From assembly GCA_016182555.1 (NCBI GenBank), contig JACPGJ010000007.1, positions 192,053 to 256,052 on the forward strand: 64,000 nt of DNA. The letters are read 5' to 3'. This document shows positions 47,946 through 57,906 of this stretch, in pieces. The stretch comes from Candidatus Kerfeldbacteria bacterium (GTDB lineage: Bacteria; Patescibacteriota; Patescibacteriia; UBA9570; XYC2-FULL-38-9). The notes under the pieces are model-generated. The model was given only the letters and a program-made list of their open reading frames with translations. It was not told the origin of the DNA and made no database searches. How positions within the stretch are numbered: position 1 is the first letter of the stretch; every line of letters starts with the position of its first letter. Made by a program: the position numbers and the translations under genes.

Positions 47946-49703
47946 TTATTGTGGCATAAGAAACGCCATTGTTTGATTTGCACGCAGAGTGAGAACACCA
48001 TTCTGCGTTGTTTTGTGTATACGTGATTGCCCAAAACGCGCAATGCTCCATTGTTGAACACCGGGAAAGGTTAACTCCTGTTTGATTGACGAATCAGAAC
48101 TCCAATAGGCGTAAAAAGATTTTTTTGAGCCGTGAAACTGATATAGATATTCATTGCTTGCCGTGCTGCTGAGCAGCTCATCGATGGTCACCTCTCCATT
48201 TGCATGGCTACCATCTTTGTCATCTATAATCAGCGAATCAAACCGTAATGGTTGGTCTGGTACGCCGTTGCCATTCCCTCCCCAGAACGCTTGCACGTTG
48301 TTCAGCTCAAGGGTATACCGCGCCATAGTATTTGGCATCGTTCCAAGCGTATATTGGAACGTTTCATTATTTGCATCGATAATGCGAAGACGCAATACGG
48401 TATCATCATTACTCCCACGCAGCTGCAATTGGAGCATCTGTGTATTCATTGGCAACTGGGTGGAATGAGAAACCACGGCATAACAATTCGTGTCTGCGGT
48501 AAACGCATACGCAATGGTGATGCGCCCAGCCGTGGGTTGTGTCGTATTTGTTTGTGTGCACACGGAATCTGCGGTACTCCACTGGTCACGAGTATCAAAT
48601 TGGTCAACGCTCTGCTCATTTGGTAGACGCTCACCAACAAGTCGTTTTCGATTCAAGTGCTTTTTTGCAAATTGATACGCGGCAACACTCAATTTTTCTG
48701 CATAGTGATGTTCTTGGTCTTGAAACAACCCAAAATGTCCATTCACATCTGTGGCGTTGGTATCACTATCCGTTAGCGTATACCAAAACACTTTTCGAAT
48801 GTGCGGCTCCGACAAGGCAATGGTATAGATACGCAGAAGATAGCATGCTTGCTGCTGCTGGTTCATACCTGGTTCGTTAGCATCTGGCCCATTCGCCGCA
48901 CCAATCTCCGTCAGCCATACCGGCATCTGAGATAACCCATGTTTGCGTAAAACAGCAGAAATCCCGTGCAGATCTGTTTCAAGCGTTGCTAATCCGTTAC
49001 GGGCATCTTCTGGCATATACATTGTCGTGCTGCCATCAAGAAAGCGATATGGGTGAATGGCAACGACATCAATGAGGTTCGTGTCCGCAAGCTGACTGAG
49101 CACGGCATCTAAAAACACGCTATCCGCTCCAGACAAACCACCCAATACCACTTTCGCATCCGGGTCTTGTGCATGAATCGCCTTTGCCGCAGTGGTCACT
49201 AATTGTACATAGTCATCCACCGTCCCCTTCCAAAAACCGGAGTGGTTGGGTTCATTCCAAATTTCCCAAGCCGGTACACGTCCAGCATAGTGCTCGGCCA
49301 CGCGGCCAACATACTCCTTCCACGCGTCGTTATCTGGTGGATAAAATTCCGCGTCACTGTTTCCCGGCTCGGTCGAAGCCCACGCCGCACTGTAGGTCAA
49401 CAATCCCAGCATCTGGATATCATTCTGCTCATACCGATTCACAATGTCATCGTAATCATCAAAAACATATACTCCGTCTACTGGTTCAATGTCATTCCAG
49501 CGAAATTCTTCTCGTCCCCATTGTACACCCGTTTTTTTCGCTTTTAATAACACCGCATCTTGGTCTTCTACCGGCACACGTTGGTGTAGGTGAATATTTA
49601 CTCCAAATGCGTGCTTGATCATGGGGGCAGCGGCCGTGACTTGAGGGATAAAAAAAACACCGAGCACCACCCCGAGAGTGAACACCCGGGCGAAAAATTT
49701 CAT
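47946..49703 (-). CDS. Secreted clan-A glycoside hydrolase (GH39/GH5-like) with carbohydrate-binding-like module
   Basis: Signal peptide; WEIWNEPN acid/base, IHPY, WLTEIG nucleophile. Confidence 0.82.
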   Translation of the reverse strand: MKFFARVFTLGVVLGVFFIPQVTAAAPMIKHAFGVNIHLHQRVPVEDQDAVLLKAKKTGVQWGREEFRWNDIEPVDGVYVFDDYDDIVNRYEQNDIQMLGLLTYSAAWASTEPGNSDAEFYPPDNDAWKEYVGRVAEHYAGRVPAWEIWNEPNHSGFWKGTVDDYVQLVTTAAKAIHAQDPDAKVVLGGLSGADSVFLDAVLSQLADTNLIDVVAIHPYRFLDGSTTMYMPEDARNGLATLETDLHGISAVLRKHGLSQMPVWLTEIGAANGPDANEPGMNQQQQACYLLRIYTIALSEPHIRKVFWYTLTDSDTNATDVNGHFGLFQDQEHHYAEKLSVAAYQFAKKHLNRKRLVGERLPNEQSVDQFDTRDQWSTADSVCTQTNTTQPTAGRITIAYAFTADTNCYAVVSHSTQLPMNTQMLQLQLRGSNDDTVLRLRIIDANNETFQYTLGTMPNTMARYTLELNNVQAFWGGNGNGVPDQPLRFDSLIIDDKDGSHANGEVTIDELLSSTASNEYLYQFHGSKKSFYAYWSSDSSIKQELTFPGVQQWSIARFGQSRIHKTTQNGVLTLRANQTMAFLMPQ

Positions 49704-51988
49704 ACCCGTACGCGAGATAAATAAGAATATTCAATCGGTATCGTAATCGTGACCGTGGTTCCTTGTTCTTCAATACTCGTAAATGCAATATGACCACGCA
49801 ACAATTCGGTATATTCTTTTGCTAAGTACAACCCCAACCCATTGCCATCCGGCACCACGCGTTGCGCATTTCGAAAACGAATAAAGCGTTGAAATAATTT
49901 TTCCTGGTCATCTTTGCGAATGCCAATGCCGGTATCCACAATACGAATAACAAAATGTTGTTCATGTATATTTACAGAAAAAGTCACCTCTCCAGTGAGT
50001 GTATACAAAATCGCATTTGATAATAAATTATCTAACACCATGCTCATTTTTTTCTCATCGCTCACAAAATGCGCCGGCAAATTGGGCTGCAGTTCCACGT
50101 GGAACCCAACAGTGTCATCTGGTTTTGCTTTGAATAGCCGACGGGCACGACGAACACGCGTATCAAAAAAATCTTTTGTGTCAATTTGGGTAATATTCAC
50201 ACTGGGGTTTGACCCAATCATTTCAGAAACAGCCAAAATATTGTCCGCGGTACTGCGTAAATTTTCACTAGCCAGGAAAGCGTTATTAAGCAAATGTATG
50301 ACATGCTCCAATTGGTCTGTGGTGAGCATGGCGTTTGTTTCTTCTATTGCTCGCTTCCCTGGTTCGGTTTGTGGAAGATAATCTTCCAAAATGAGCAGCA
50401 GACTATTGCGAATGACGCTAATCGGCGTGCGTAATTGGTGAGAGGTCACATCAATAAATTGAGAACGTACACGTGATAGTTCTTCATTTTCTTGAGATTT
50501 TTGCTTCCACGCCGTTACCGCTTTATCTACTTCTGTTTGCAACAATTTTGTCATGTTCACCTTATCCTGGTGCATTTTAGAATTGATAAGCGCAATCGCT
50601 AATTCTTTGGAAATATCTTCCAGCAAATCAATATCTTCCGTCGTATACGGTTTTCCCTTTGGTTTTTCTCCAAGAATAATAAATCCCATAATCGATTGAC
50701 GTGAACGCAAAGCAATAATGAGGTTTGCTTTCGCCTGTTGTAATACTCGTTGTACTTCAAGGAGTTGCTGCCGTTCTTTGAGAGTAATATCGCCATGCAG
50801 CGTGTATTCAATTTCATCACACACATACGAAATGTGCCCATCACTGAATGCGTCAATGAGGAGCGTTGATGGTTGCAAAAACGCATGGAGTTGTTCGGCG
50901 GTATAATTGGATGATTGCAACAGTTCAAATGTGTGGTTTTTCGGTGCAATGTTCATGAGAATCGCCACATTATCTATTCGCATTTCATCCACTAATGACG
51001 CCAGAATTCTTTTGGTCAGTGTGTCGAGGTCGAGGATCGATGGCGCATCTTGTGCCAATTGTTTAAGTGACTTTTGATATTTATGTGTCCGTTGAAACAA
51101 CACGTAGCTGAAACGCGTCTCTGATACTCTGGCACGAAAAAATTCGTATAAGAAAATATTGCCTACAAGAGCAAAAATCCCAATGATAATCGGATTGATG
51201 TTTGTATTGTGCAATACAATAATGGTGAGTAATGCAAAAATGATTGTCGACGTTATCAATGGGAAAAAAATATTGACGAAACGTTGAATTTGAATATTGA
51301 TATCAAACAAACGATGTTTCAAGATGGCATAGGCGGTGGAGGTAATCATGATCAGTGTAAAATCTGGACCTAACCATACATAAGAATAATTTCCGATCAA
51401 CGGTAATATTAAATTAAAAAATACACCGAAAATCATTGTCGCTGTAAATCCTAAAATAATAAAACCCAATTGTTTTTTTTGTACGCTGCGTGAGCTACGA
51501 TAACGTTGAATAAAATTGTAATAGAGTAAAATAAGAGAAATAAGAATATATAACGCATAAAAAGATAATAATGGCGTGGTTATCAATTTCCGGGGTGTTT
51601 CTGTAATATCCACACTTTTTAAAACTGATCCGGGGATGCTCACCAAAATGATAAGGATTATCGCCGGAAGAAAAATATATTTTTTATAATACCGTAAAAG
51701 TACACTCTTAGTTTCTTGATAGGGGAAAACAAAAGAAAAATAACACATGCTACTGACCAAAATAATGCCCGAGATATAACTCAAAATAGCTAACCAATAG
51801 GCCCAATCGACTGAAGTTGTTATTTGAAAATGCGCATTAGTATAAGCCCATAACGCAACGGCTAATGCCCACACAGCATAAGAAATGTGTATTTCATTTC
51901 TATTTTTTTGAAATAAAACAATTATCGCAAGAAACGTGTTCACAAAAATAACAACGATAAGCAATATAATAATCCAAAGAAAAGACAT
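49700..51988 (-). CDS. Sensor histidine kinase with 7TM (HisKA_7TM-like) and GAF domains
   Basis: N-terminal TM bundle, YAILKHRLFDI, GEK..G.PYTTEDI, SHQLRTP, NLLSNA, DTGIGI, GNGLGL. Confidence 0.9.
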   Translation of the reverse strand: MSFLWIIILLIVVIFVNTFLAIIVLFQKNRNEIHISYAVWALAVALWAYTNAHFQITTSVDWAYWLAILSYISGIILVSSMCYFSFVFPYQETKSVLLRYYKKYIFLPAIILIILVSIPGSVLKSVDITETPRKLITTPLLSFYALYILISLILLYYNFIQRYRSSRSVQKKQLGFIILGFTATMIFGVFFNLILPLIGNYSYVWLGPDFTLIMITSTAYAILKHRLFDINIQIQRFVNIFFPLITSTIIFALLTIIVLHNTNINPIIIGIFALVGNIFLYEFFRARVSETRFSYVLFQRTHKYQKSLKQLAQDAPSILDLDTLTKRILASLVDEMRIDNVAILMNIAPKNHTFELLQSSNYTAEQLHAFLQPSTLLIDAFSDGHISYVCDEIEYTLHGDITLKERQQLLEVQRVLQQAKANLIIALRSRQSIMGFIILGEKPKGKPYTTEDIDLLEDISKELAIALINSKMHQDKVNMTKLLQTEVDKAVTAWKQKSQENEELSRVRSQFIDVTSHQLRTPISVIRNSLLLILEDYLPQTEPGKRAIEETNAMLTTDQLEHVIHLLNNAFLASENLRSTADNILAVSEMIGSNPSVNITQIDTKDFFDTRVRRARRLFKAKPDDTVGFHVELQPNLPAHFVSDEKKMSMVLDNLLSNAILYTLTGEVTFSVNIHEQHFVIRIVDTGIGIRKDDQEKLFQRFIRFRNAQRVVPDGNGLGLYLAKEYTELLRGHIAFTSIEEQGTTVTITIPIEYSYLSRVRV

Positions 51989-52022
51989 ATTTTAATTATA
52001 CACTATAAGTAAAAAAAGTGTT

Positions 52023-52058
52023 GATGGGAGGACGCTTGTTGCCAAACGCCCTCCCATC
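52023..52058. terminator. Hairpin downstream of the LuxI-like gene
   Basis: GATGGGAGG..CCTCCCATC stem. Confidence 0.55.
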
Positions 52059-52072
52059 GATCCTTGCTTCAT

Positions 52073-52684
52073 CTATGGATGCAGCTTGGGGATTGTTACC
52101 CTAAGGTCAAGGATAGCAAACCACCCCTGATCCCCATACTGCACCTTAACAATGAAACAGGAGTCGTCCACTCCCCGCTTTGCTAGAGCAGAGAGAAGAT
52201 CTGCTGTCACAATCATCATCAGCCATCGTTTTCGGTGGCTGACGCACCACTCTGCGATTTCGAATACAAGCCGGTTCGCAACCTCCGGCTTAGCCCGAAA
52301 ACCAGCCCGTATCGCAAATCGCGACACCTCAACGCAGGCGTAGTGATTCTGCGCGAGGATTTCGAGAACCACACCGCGCTGGTCGCGGAGAAATCGTTGG
52401 AAAAATGAGTCACCGAACATGAAATCGCCAATTTCTCGACCCTCCACGATTCGGCTATAACCCACCACCCTGCCACCCTCGTGGATGACCAGGTGATTGG
52501 TCGTTTTTTTATTGTCCCAACGATCAGTTTCCCGACCATTGAGACCACTGGCGACCCAGTGTAGTTCGGTATCGAAAACCGAGCTCCTGAATCGCCAGGC
52601 CTTGTCGAGCAAAATAAACGAGGTTAGGCGCGGGCCCAATCTCATATTGTGATGCGCCTGGCACCACACAGCATGTAAGCTCAT
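52073..52684 (-). CDS. LuxI-like acyl-homoserine-lactone synthase (GNAT fold)
   Basis: RFRSSVF..ELHW, ETDRWD, VVGYSRI and VEVSRFAI match the LuxI motif order; GGAGG SD before MSLHAV. Confidence 0.72.
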   Translation of the reverse strand: MSLHAVWCQAHHNMRLGPRLTSFILLDKAWRFRSSVFDTELHWVASGLNGRETDRWDNKKTTNHLVIHEGGRVVGYSRIVEGREIGDFMFGDSFFQRFLRDQRGVVLEILAQNHYACVEVSRFAIRAGFRAKPEVANRLVFEIAEWCVSHRKRWLMMIVTADLLSALAKRGVDDSCFIVKVQYGDQGWFAILDLRVTIPKLHP

Positions 52685-52811
52685 ACTATCCCCTCCATTC
52701 ATGAGCTGATTGCTGCTAGCACCACAACGGCACCATAAACTAGCCTATAGCAAAAAAAATATAATGCAAACTTATAATATACACATTCATGGTAAATACT
52801 TTATAACTAAC

Positions 52812-54299
52812 TCAAATATTACTATATGCATCTTCCTTTAACTTCAACTTCATCCCTTCCAATGTCTCTTGCCAATGAATGCAGTTGGATAATTGAAAAC
52901 CAGCTATTTTGCTCAATTTTTCTATCGCTTCAATTTCTTCTTCTGTATACGTTTCACCAGTCTTTTTTGCAGAAAGCATGCCAATTCCGACCACTTTTTC
53001 TGTATTTCTCAATATCACTAGCACTGCTGCATTTTGTTTTTCCATAAAACGACAAATCTGTTTTGTTCCAGTTTGATCAGATAATGCTTCCCACAATATT
53101 ACTTGCGTAGATTTCGCATAACCGTTGAGTAATGGCAGAACGGGATCATCAAATGAAATGCTCTCCTTGTTGCGCAAAGGAAAATAGGAAACGAATCGAT
53201 GATGCCGGCGCTCTTCAATAAACAAATTTATGACGTCTATTTTCGCAATCCGTTGTATGCCCGCAACATATTCCAATATAGCTGTTTCTAATTCATGCGT
53301 CGATTGCAATTTTTCGATATCTTCAGCAACATTTTTCGATAAATCTAACTCATCGAGAAAAAAAATTTTATTGAAAAATAGACGTATTTTCCGCTGGTAA
53401 GTAGATGCGCACAGTGCCAAAAGAATCAATGCAATAATCCAAACAAAAATTGAATGTAGGTTATCGTACACCAGTGTGGTGATAAAAATGAATACAATAA
53501 GGCTCATGAGCAATGATGCACCATAGACAATTGATTTTTTTAATAACACCTGAATGCTCATCAAGCGATAGCGAGTAATAGTATAAACCGTAGATAGGGT
53601 AAATATACTAGCAGCAATACCTGCCACTACTTGTAATAATACTGCAAATGTCGTACCCCATTCTTCTCTACCGTTCATGACACTCAACACTGTCGGCATC
53701 AAACAAGCAACCAATAAACAAATACACATTGCAATGAGTAAACTAAATCCCACATAGGCAATCCGAATTCTTTGAATACCCTGCGAACGCCGATATCCTT
53801 GTATAACAAGGAAAAAAAGAACAAAAAATACTGGTATAAACGATGCATAATACCAAAAAAATAATGGGCCTTGTGTCAGATAATAATTGTAGGTTGTATT
53901 ATCAATATAAACACGCGAACCAATGACCACCCCCGGAATGCTGACCGCAATAATAAAAAAAATAGCAATTGCAGCGAGACCAATAATCATAAAACGCTGA
54001 AGAACAGACCGATTGAGTAAACGCCAAATAAAATATGTGACGAGAAAAACAAGTAATACAGAAGAAGCGAGAGCAATTTGATCGATCAATAAGGAAAGTC
54101 GTGCAGGAGTTTTAATAAAAAAACTTATCCACGCACTGCTTTCCCAAAGCAACAGAACCACAAATACTCCATAAAAAATTTTGACGATTGGATCTTTTTT
54201 CTTATTGAATATTAAAACCCACAAAAATACTCCTGCATCAAAAACAATAGTTGAAGCAAAAAGTACTTCTAAAAATTTAATTGTGCCAACTTGTTCCAT
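52812..54299 (-). CDS. 7TM + GAF-like sensor protein without a kinase domain
   Basis: TM bundle, YTITRYRLMSI, KKTGETYTEEEI; ends with no H-box or HATPase. Confidence 0.75.
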   Translation of the reverse strand: MEQVGTIKFLEVLFASTIVFDAGVFLWVLIFNKKKDPIVKIFYGVFVVLLLWESSAWISFFIKTPARLSLLIDQIALASSVLLVFLVTYFIWRLLNRSVLQRFMIIGLAAIAIFFIIAVSIPGVVIGSRVYIDNTTYNYYLTQGPLFFWYYASFIPVFFVLFFLVIQGYRRSQGIQRIRIAYVGFSLLIAMCICLLVACLMPTVLSVMNGREEWGTTFAVLLQVVAGIAASIFTLSTVYTITRYRLMSIQVLLKKSIVYGASLLMSLIVFIFITTLVYDNLHSIFVWIIALILLALCASTYQRKIRLFFNKIFFLDELDLSKNVAEDIEKLQSTHELETAILEYVAGIQRIAKIDVINLFIEERRHHRFVSYFPLRNKESISFDDPVLPLLNGYAKSTQVILWEALSDQTGTKQICRFMEKQNAAVLVILRNTEKVVGIGMLSAKKTGETYTEEEIEAIEKLSKIAGFQLSNCIHWQETLEGMKLKLKEDAYSNI

Positions 54300-54311
54300 A
54301 AATCAACATTT

Positions 54312-55751
54312 TTAAAATGTTTGTTCATACTCTTGCTCCTTCAGGCGTATTTTTACACCTTCAATCGTTTCATGCCAATAAATGATACTACCCAGACTAT
54401 ACTGTGATAGATGGATCAATTTTTTTATTGCTTCAATCTCTTCTACCAAATACGGTTCTTTTGTCTTCTTATAACCCAACGTAACAATACCGATAATTTT
54501 TGATTCAGCATTTTTCAATATCATCAACCCAGCAGCTTTGTGTTTTTGTAAAAAACCAAAAATCTCTTGTACATATTTCTTTTTGCTTTTCGCTAATTCA
54601 TCAAAAAATATAACCCCGTCAATATTTTTTCTATCCATAATAAGCCCACTAAATGAATCATCAAATGCAAGAGCTATTTTACTGCGTTTGGAATAATAAG
54701 AAGCAAAACGATGATGTTGGCGCTGCGAAATCCACACATCCAATACATCAGCTTTCACAATTTCTTGAATACTGGCAACCAATTGAAATACAAAAGTTTC
54801 TAATTCGTGAGTAGAATTCAATTTTTGCGCGTTGAGAGATAAATTTTTTGATAAATCTAATTGATCCAAGAAAAAAATATGATCAAGAAAACATCGCATT
54901 TTACGTTTGAGCACTCTGAGTACAATCAATATTACACCCATGATTGCAACCGCAATAAGAAAAGATTCAGTACGAATATATACAAATGAACCGATAGCAA
55001 TAATAAATGCTATACAACTAACTATCGTACCACCATAGACCACAGATTTTCGCAACACAACATGAATATTCATAAATCTATACCTAGTAATGGCATAGCT
55101 TGTTGCAACAACGAAAAAAATAGTAGATGCAGAACCAAGCATCATATATCGGCCATCAAAAAATAATGGCAAAATACCATTTAACGCAACACCAATAATA
55201 CCGCTGATAATAACACTGGGTAAAATATATGTTAGCTGATAGCGTTTGATGCGATCTTCTGTTGTTTTATAGAAATGAAATAGGTAAAACTTGGCAAGAC
55301 CCATAAATATAAAAAAATAGATCGTGTAAATAATATAGAGCGGCCCAGGAATAAAATAAGCCGCATTAACGACACCATGATAACCGCGAATATTCCATGA
55401 CGTAAATATGGCTGGCAACATCAATAAAGGAATAGTAAATATGAGTATACCTCTGAATAAAGAAACGTGCTGACCAATAAATACTTTACTAAATAGTAAA
55501 TAGGTACTGGGGATGGCAGATACACTCAGAAATGCAAGAGATAGAAAAAAATGTATCTCTTCTGGCTTGTGCATAGCAAAAGCAAGAAAAATAGAAGCAT
55601 TCCACGATGCGGCTTGTAAACAAACCAATCCAAAAATGTAACTCAGCGTATTACGGTTTTTATGAACAAGCAAATAGATGCCATTGGTAATATTACCCAC
55701 CAGTGCAACGAGCAAAATAATGAACTGTGCGGTAGCAAACATAACGATCAT
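54312..55751 (-). CDS. 7TM + GAF-like sensor protein without a kinase domain (paralog)
   Basis: YAITRYRFMNI, LDLSKN..KL.STHELET and W.ET.EG.K..LKE shared with 52812-54299; start set at MIVMFA. Confidence 0.75.
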   Translation of the reverse strand: MIVMFATAQFIILLVALVGNITNGIYLLVHKNRNTLSYIFGLVCLQAASWNASIFLAFAMHKPEEIHFFLSLAFLSVSAIPSTYLLFSKVFIGQHVSLFRGILIFTIPLLMLPAIFTSWNIRGYHGVVNAAYFIPGPLYIIYTIYFFIFMGLAKFYLFHFYKTTEDRIKRYQLTYILPSVIISGIIGVALNGILPLFFDGRYMMLGSASTIFFVVATSYAITRYRFMNIHVVLRKSVVYGGTIVSCIAFIIAIGSFVYIRTESFLIAVAIMGVILIVLRVLKRKMRCFLDHIFFLDQLDLSKNLSLNAQKLNSTHELETFVFQLVASIQEIVKADVLDVWISQRQHHRFASYYSKRSKIALAFDDSFSGLIMDRKNIDGVIFFDELAKSKKKYVQEIFGFLQKHKAAGLMILKNAESKIIGIVTLGYKKTKEPYLVEEIEAIKKLIHLSQYSLGSIIYWHETIEGVKIRLKEQEYEQTF

Positions 55752-55835
55752 GAAAAATAAACTTTTACTTCTAATGTTATACTCCTCTCTGAAAAATGGG
55801 TCAACCGTAGAAAAACCGAAAAAATAGCTGGGAAT

Positions 55836-55920
55836 ATAGCCGTCTAATTTACGCCAACTATTTTTATGCGAATGATAGCCAAAAAAAGTTTTCCACAGAC
55901 GGCTCTCCGCTAAACGGAAT
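55836..55920 (+). repeat. Imperfect inverted repeat, copy A
   Basis: AGCCGTCT-51 nt-AGACGGCT with core ATTTACGCCAACTATTTTT..GATAGC; similar to the reverse complement of 59947-60040. Confidence 0.5.
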
Positions 55921-56108
55921 ATATAATCCAGTAAATAAAACCCGGTTTGAGCGATACCTGTTTCGCTATGGATGTCGAAAACAGGGTAAATCAAACCGGG
56001 GATGGCTGATGACGCCCAAAAGCCATCATTTGTTGTGGTTGCATTGAGGGGTGGTAGTGAAAGGCTTCTACTGAGCCAGGTGAACCCAGAGTTCATCTAC
56101 CATAGAGG

Positions 56109-57794
56109 TTACTGGCAGACAGTGTTCTCTTCTTCGCCGACCTTCAAATAGATGTCGCCGAACTTGCCGAAGAGAAAATCTCCGCTTGTTTCCCTGTCGT
56201 AGCCGCTGAGAATCGTATACGTAGAACCAAACGAGGTACCTGATGAGTTCGCTGCGGAAATCACGTCACTACTGTCGTCTTTGTACGCCAGCACGTCGTA
56301 TTTCCCGTCCGAATTCACGTCGTAGGTGTAGTAACTGTGGCTGGAAGAACCAAAACCGCTCTTCCACTGGCTTTGGGAAGTGGATGTGGTTCCACTCGAC
56401 TTCGCCACATAAATCTTCGTGCCAGAAGAATCAAACCGAACCTGCACCAAATCGAACTTCTTGTCGCCCGTGGCGTCCCCTGCCAAGTAACGGCTAGATT
56501 TGCATCCCCAGTTGCTGAGCCAAGCATATTCACTGGTGGAACCACCTTTCAGAAGCCGCCACTTCAGCTTGTATCCCCCCGTTTCACAAGCTTGAGTCGT
56601 ATCGCTGGTGTTGTAACCACGAAGCACGTCCACAGCTGAATCGCCCGTGAAGTCGCCAACAACGAAAATGTCGGTGGAAAGATCAGAACCAAAATCACTC
56701 GCCCACACAGCACACGAACCAAAACCACCCGAGCCATTGGAATCGCAATGCTGCCACTCAATGACACCATTGCCGCGATCAAACACACGGATGAGGTCAA
56801 GCTTGGAATCCACAATCCCATCGCTTGACTTCCAACGCCCCAAGTAATATTTCTTGGCCTTTTCCGTGGTTTCCATCCAAATTGTCTGGTCTTCCCACGT
56901 GCCATTACCTCCTGCTACCCACACCTTGGCGCGCATGGTGCCGTCATCTTGATGGGTGATCAGCACGATATCCATGAAACCGTCGCCAGTGACATCACCA
57001 CTCAGCCACTGGTAATAATACTGTGTGCTGCCCTGATTGTTGATAACCGGATCGGTATAATCCTCACCCATATCCGACCGATTCAAGAGCTTGAGTGCAC
57101 TGCTTTCGTAATAGTACGCGTGGAAATCAAACGCATCTCCATCCGGATCCGTGAGCATCATCATCTCTTTCACCGGAGTGGTTGAATAGATTGGCGTAAC
57201 GGTCGTCGTGCATTCGTCATGCGCCTGAATGAACGCCACCGGGTCGGTGTAGTTGCCGGTCGAACTGGCGTAGCCAGCCGTGTAGCAGTACCCTGGACCA
57301 TCGCAGTAGATTTCTGAAAATGGCCCGTCGTAGATGCCGAAGTGGATATGATCCGGTGAGCAAGAGGAATCGAGATCGGCAATATCACCGATATACTGCC
57401 CCTTGGCAACGCTCATCCCTTCGTAAATACCTGCTGCCGGTGCGACGTGGCCGTAAATGGAACAGACTTTGCTGCCATCGGACATGGTGTGCTCGATGAC
57501 GATCAGATACTCCCAATCTGGACACGGCGTGTAGGCGCCAGCGTACATGACGACACCATCGGCAACCGCGTAGTTGTCGGTACCGGCCGAAACACAGGCA
57601 TCGTCACCCAGGTGATATTCGTAATCACCATCGCCATCACGATCCACGTAGACGGCCCAACCGTAGCACCCATCATTGATAGGGTAGTTGGCGAACGGCA
57701 GTTGAAACGACTCAGCCACGTCCTGCGCATTGGCGGTGAAACACGCACCCAGACAGAACAACAGCCACCACAGAACGAACTTGCTGGTACTCAT
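56109..57794 (-). CDS. Secreted M23 peptidase with FG-GAP/VCBS-like repeats
   Basis: AGGAGG SD, signal peptide, HLGDD, YGH, HIHFG; repeats GDVTGDG..D, GDFTGD, DVNSDGKYD. Confidence 0.85.
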   Translation of the reverse strand: MSTSKFVLWWLLFCLGACFTANAQDVAESFQLPFANYPINDGCYGWAVYVDRDGDGDYEYHLGDDACVSAGTDNYAVADGVVMYAGAYTPCPDWEYLIVIEHTMSDGSKVCSIYGHVAPAAGIYEGMSVAKGQYIGDIADLDSSCSPDHIHFGIYDGPFSEIYCDGPGYCYTAGYASSTGNYTDPVAFIQAHDECTTTVTPIYSTTPVKEMMMLTDPDGDAFDFHAYYYESSALKLLNRSDMGEDYTDPVINNQGSTQYYYQWLSGDVTGDGFMDIVLITHQDDGTMRAKVWVAGGNGTWEDQTIWMETTEKAKKYYLGRWKSSDGIVDSKLDLIRVFDRGNGVIEWQHCDSNGSGGFGSCAVWASDFGSDLSTDIFVVGDFTGDSAVDVLRGYNTSDTTQACETGGYKLKWRLLKGGSTSEYAWLSNWGCKSSRYLAGDATGDKKFDLVQVRFDSSGTKIYVAKSSGTTSTSQSQWKSGFGSSSHSYYTYDVNSDGKYDVLAYKDDSSDVISAANSSGTSFGSTYTILSGYDRETSGDFLFGKFGDIYLKVGEEENTVCQ

Positions 57795-57906
57795 GACACA
57801 TCCTCCTGCAAAAGAATACTCAGCCTAGGCCAGAATACATTCCTGGTCTAGCGCGACCCATCATCAAATAATGAATCAGCGTTACACCATGAATGGCAAA
57901 AAATGA

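Noticed and set aside
55752-56096. 115-aa N-terminal extension of the 7TM-GAF ORF
   Set aside because: Absent from the paralogs and overlaps repeat and hairpin sequence; likely non-coding.
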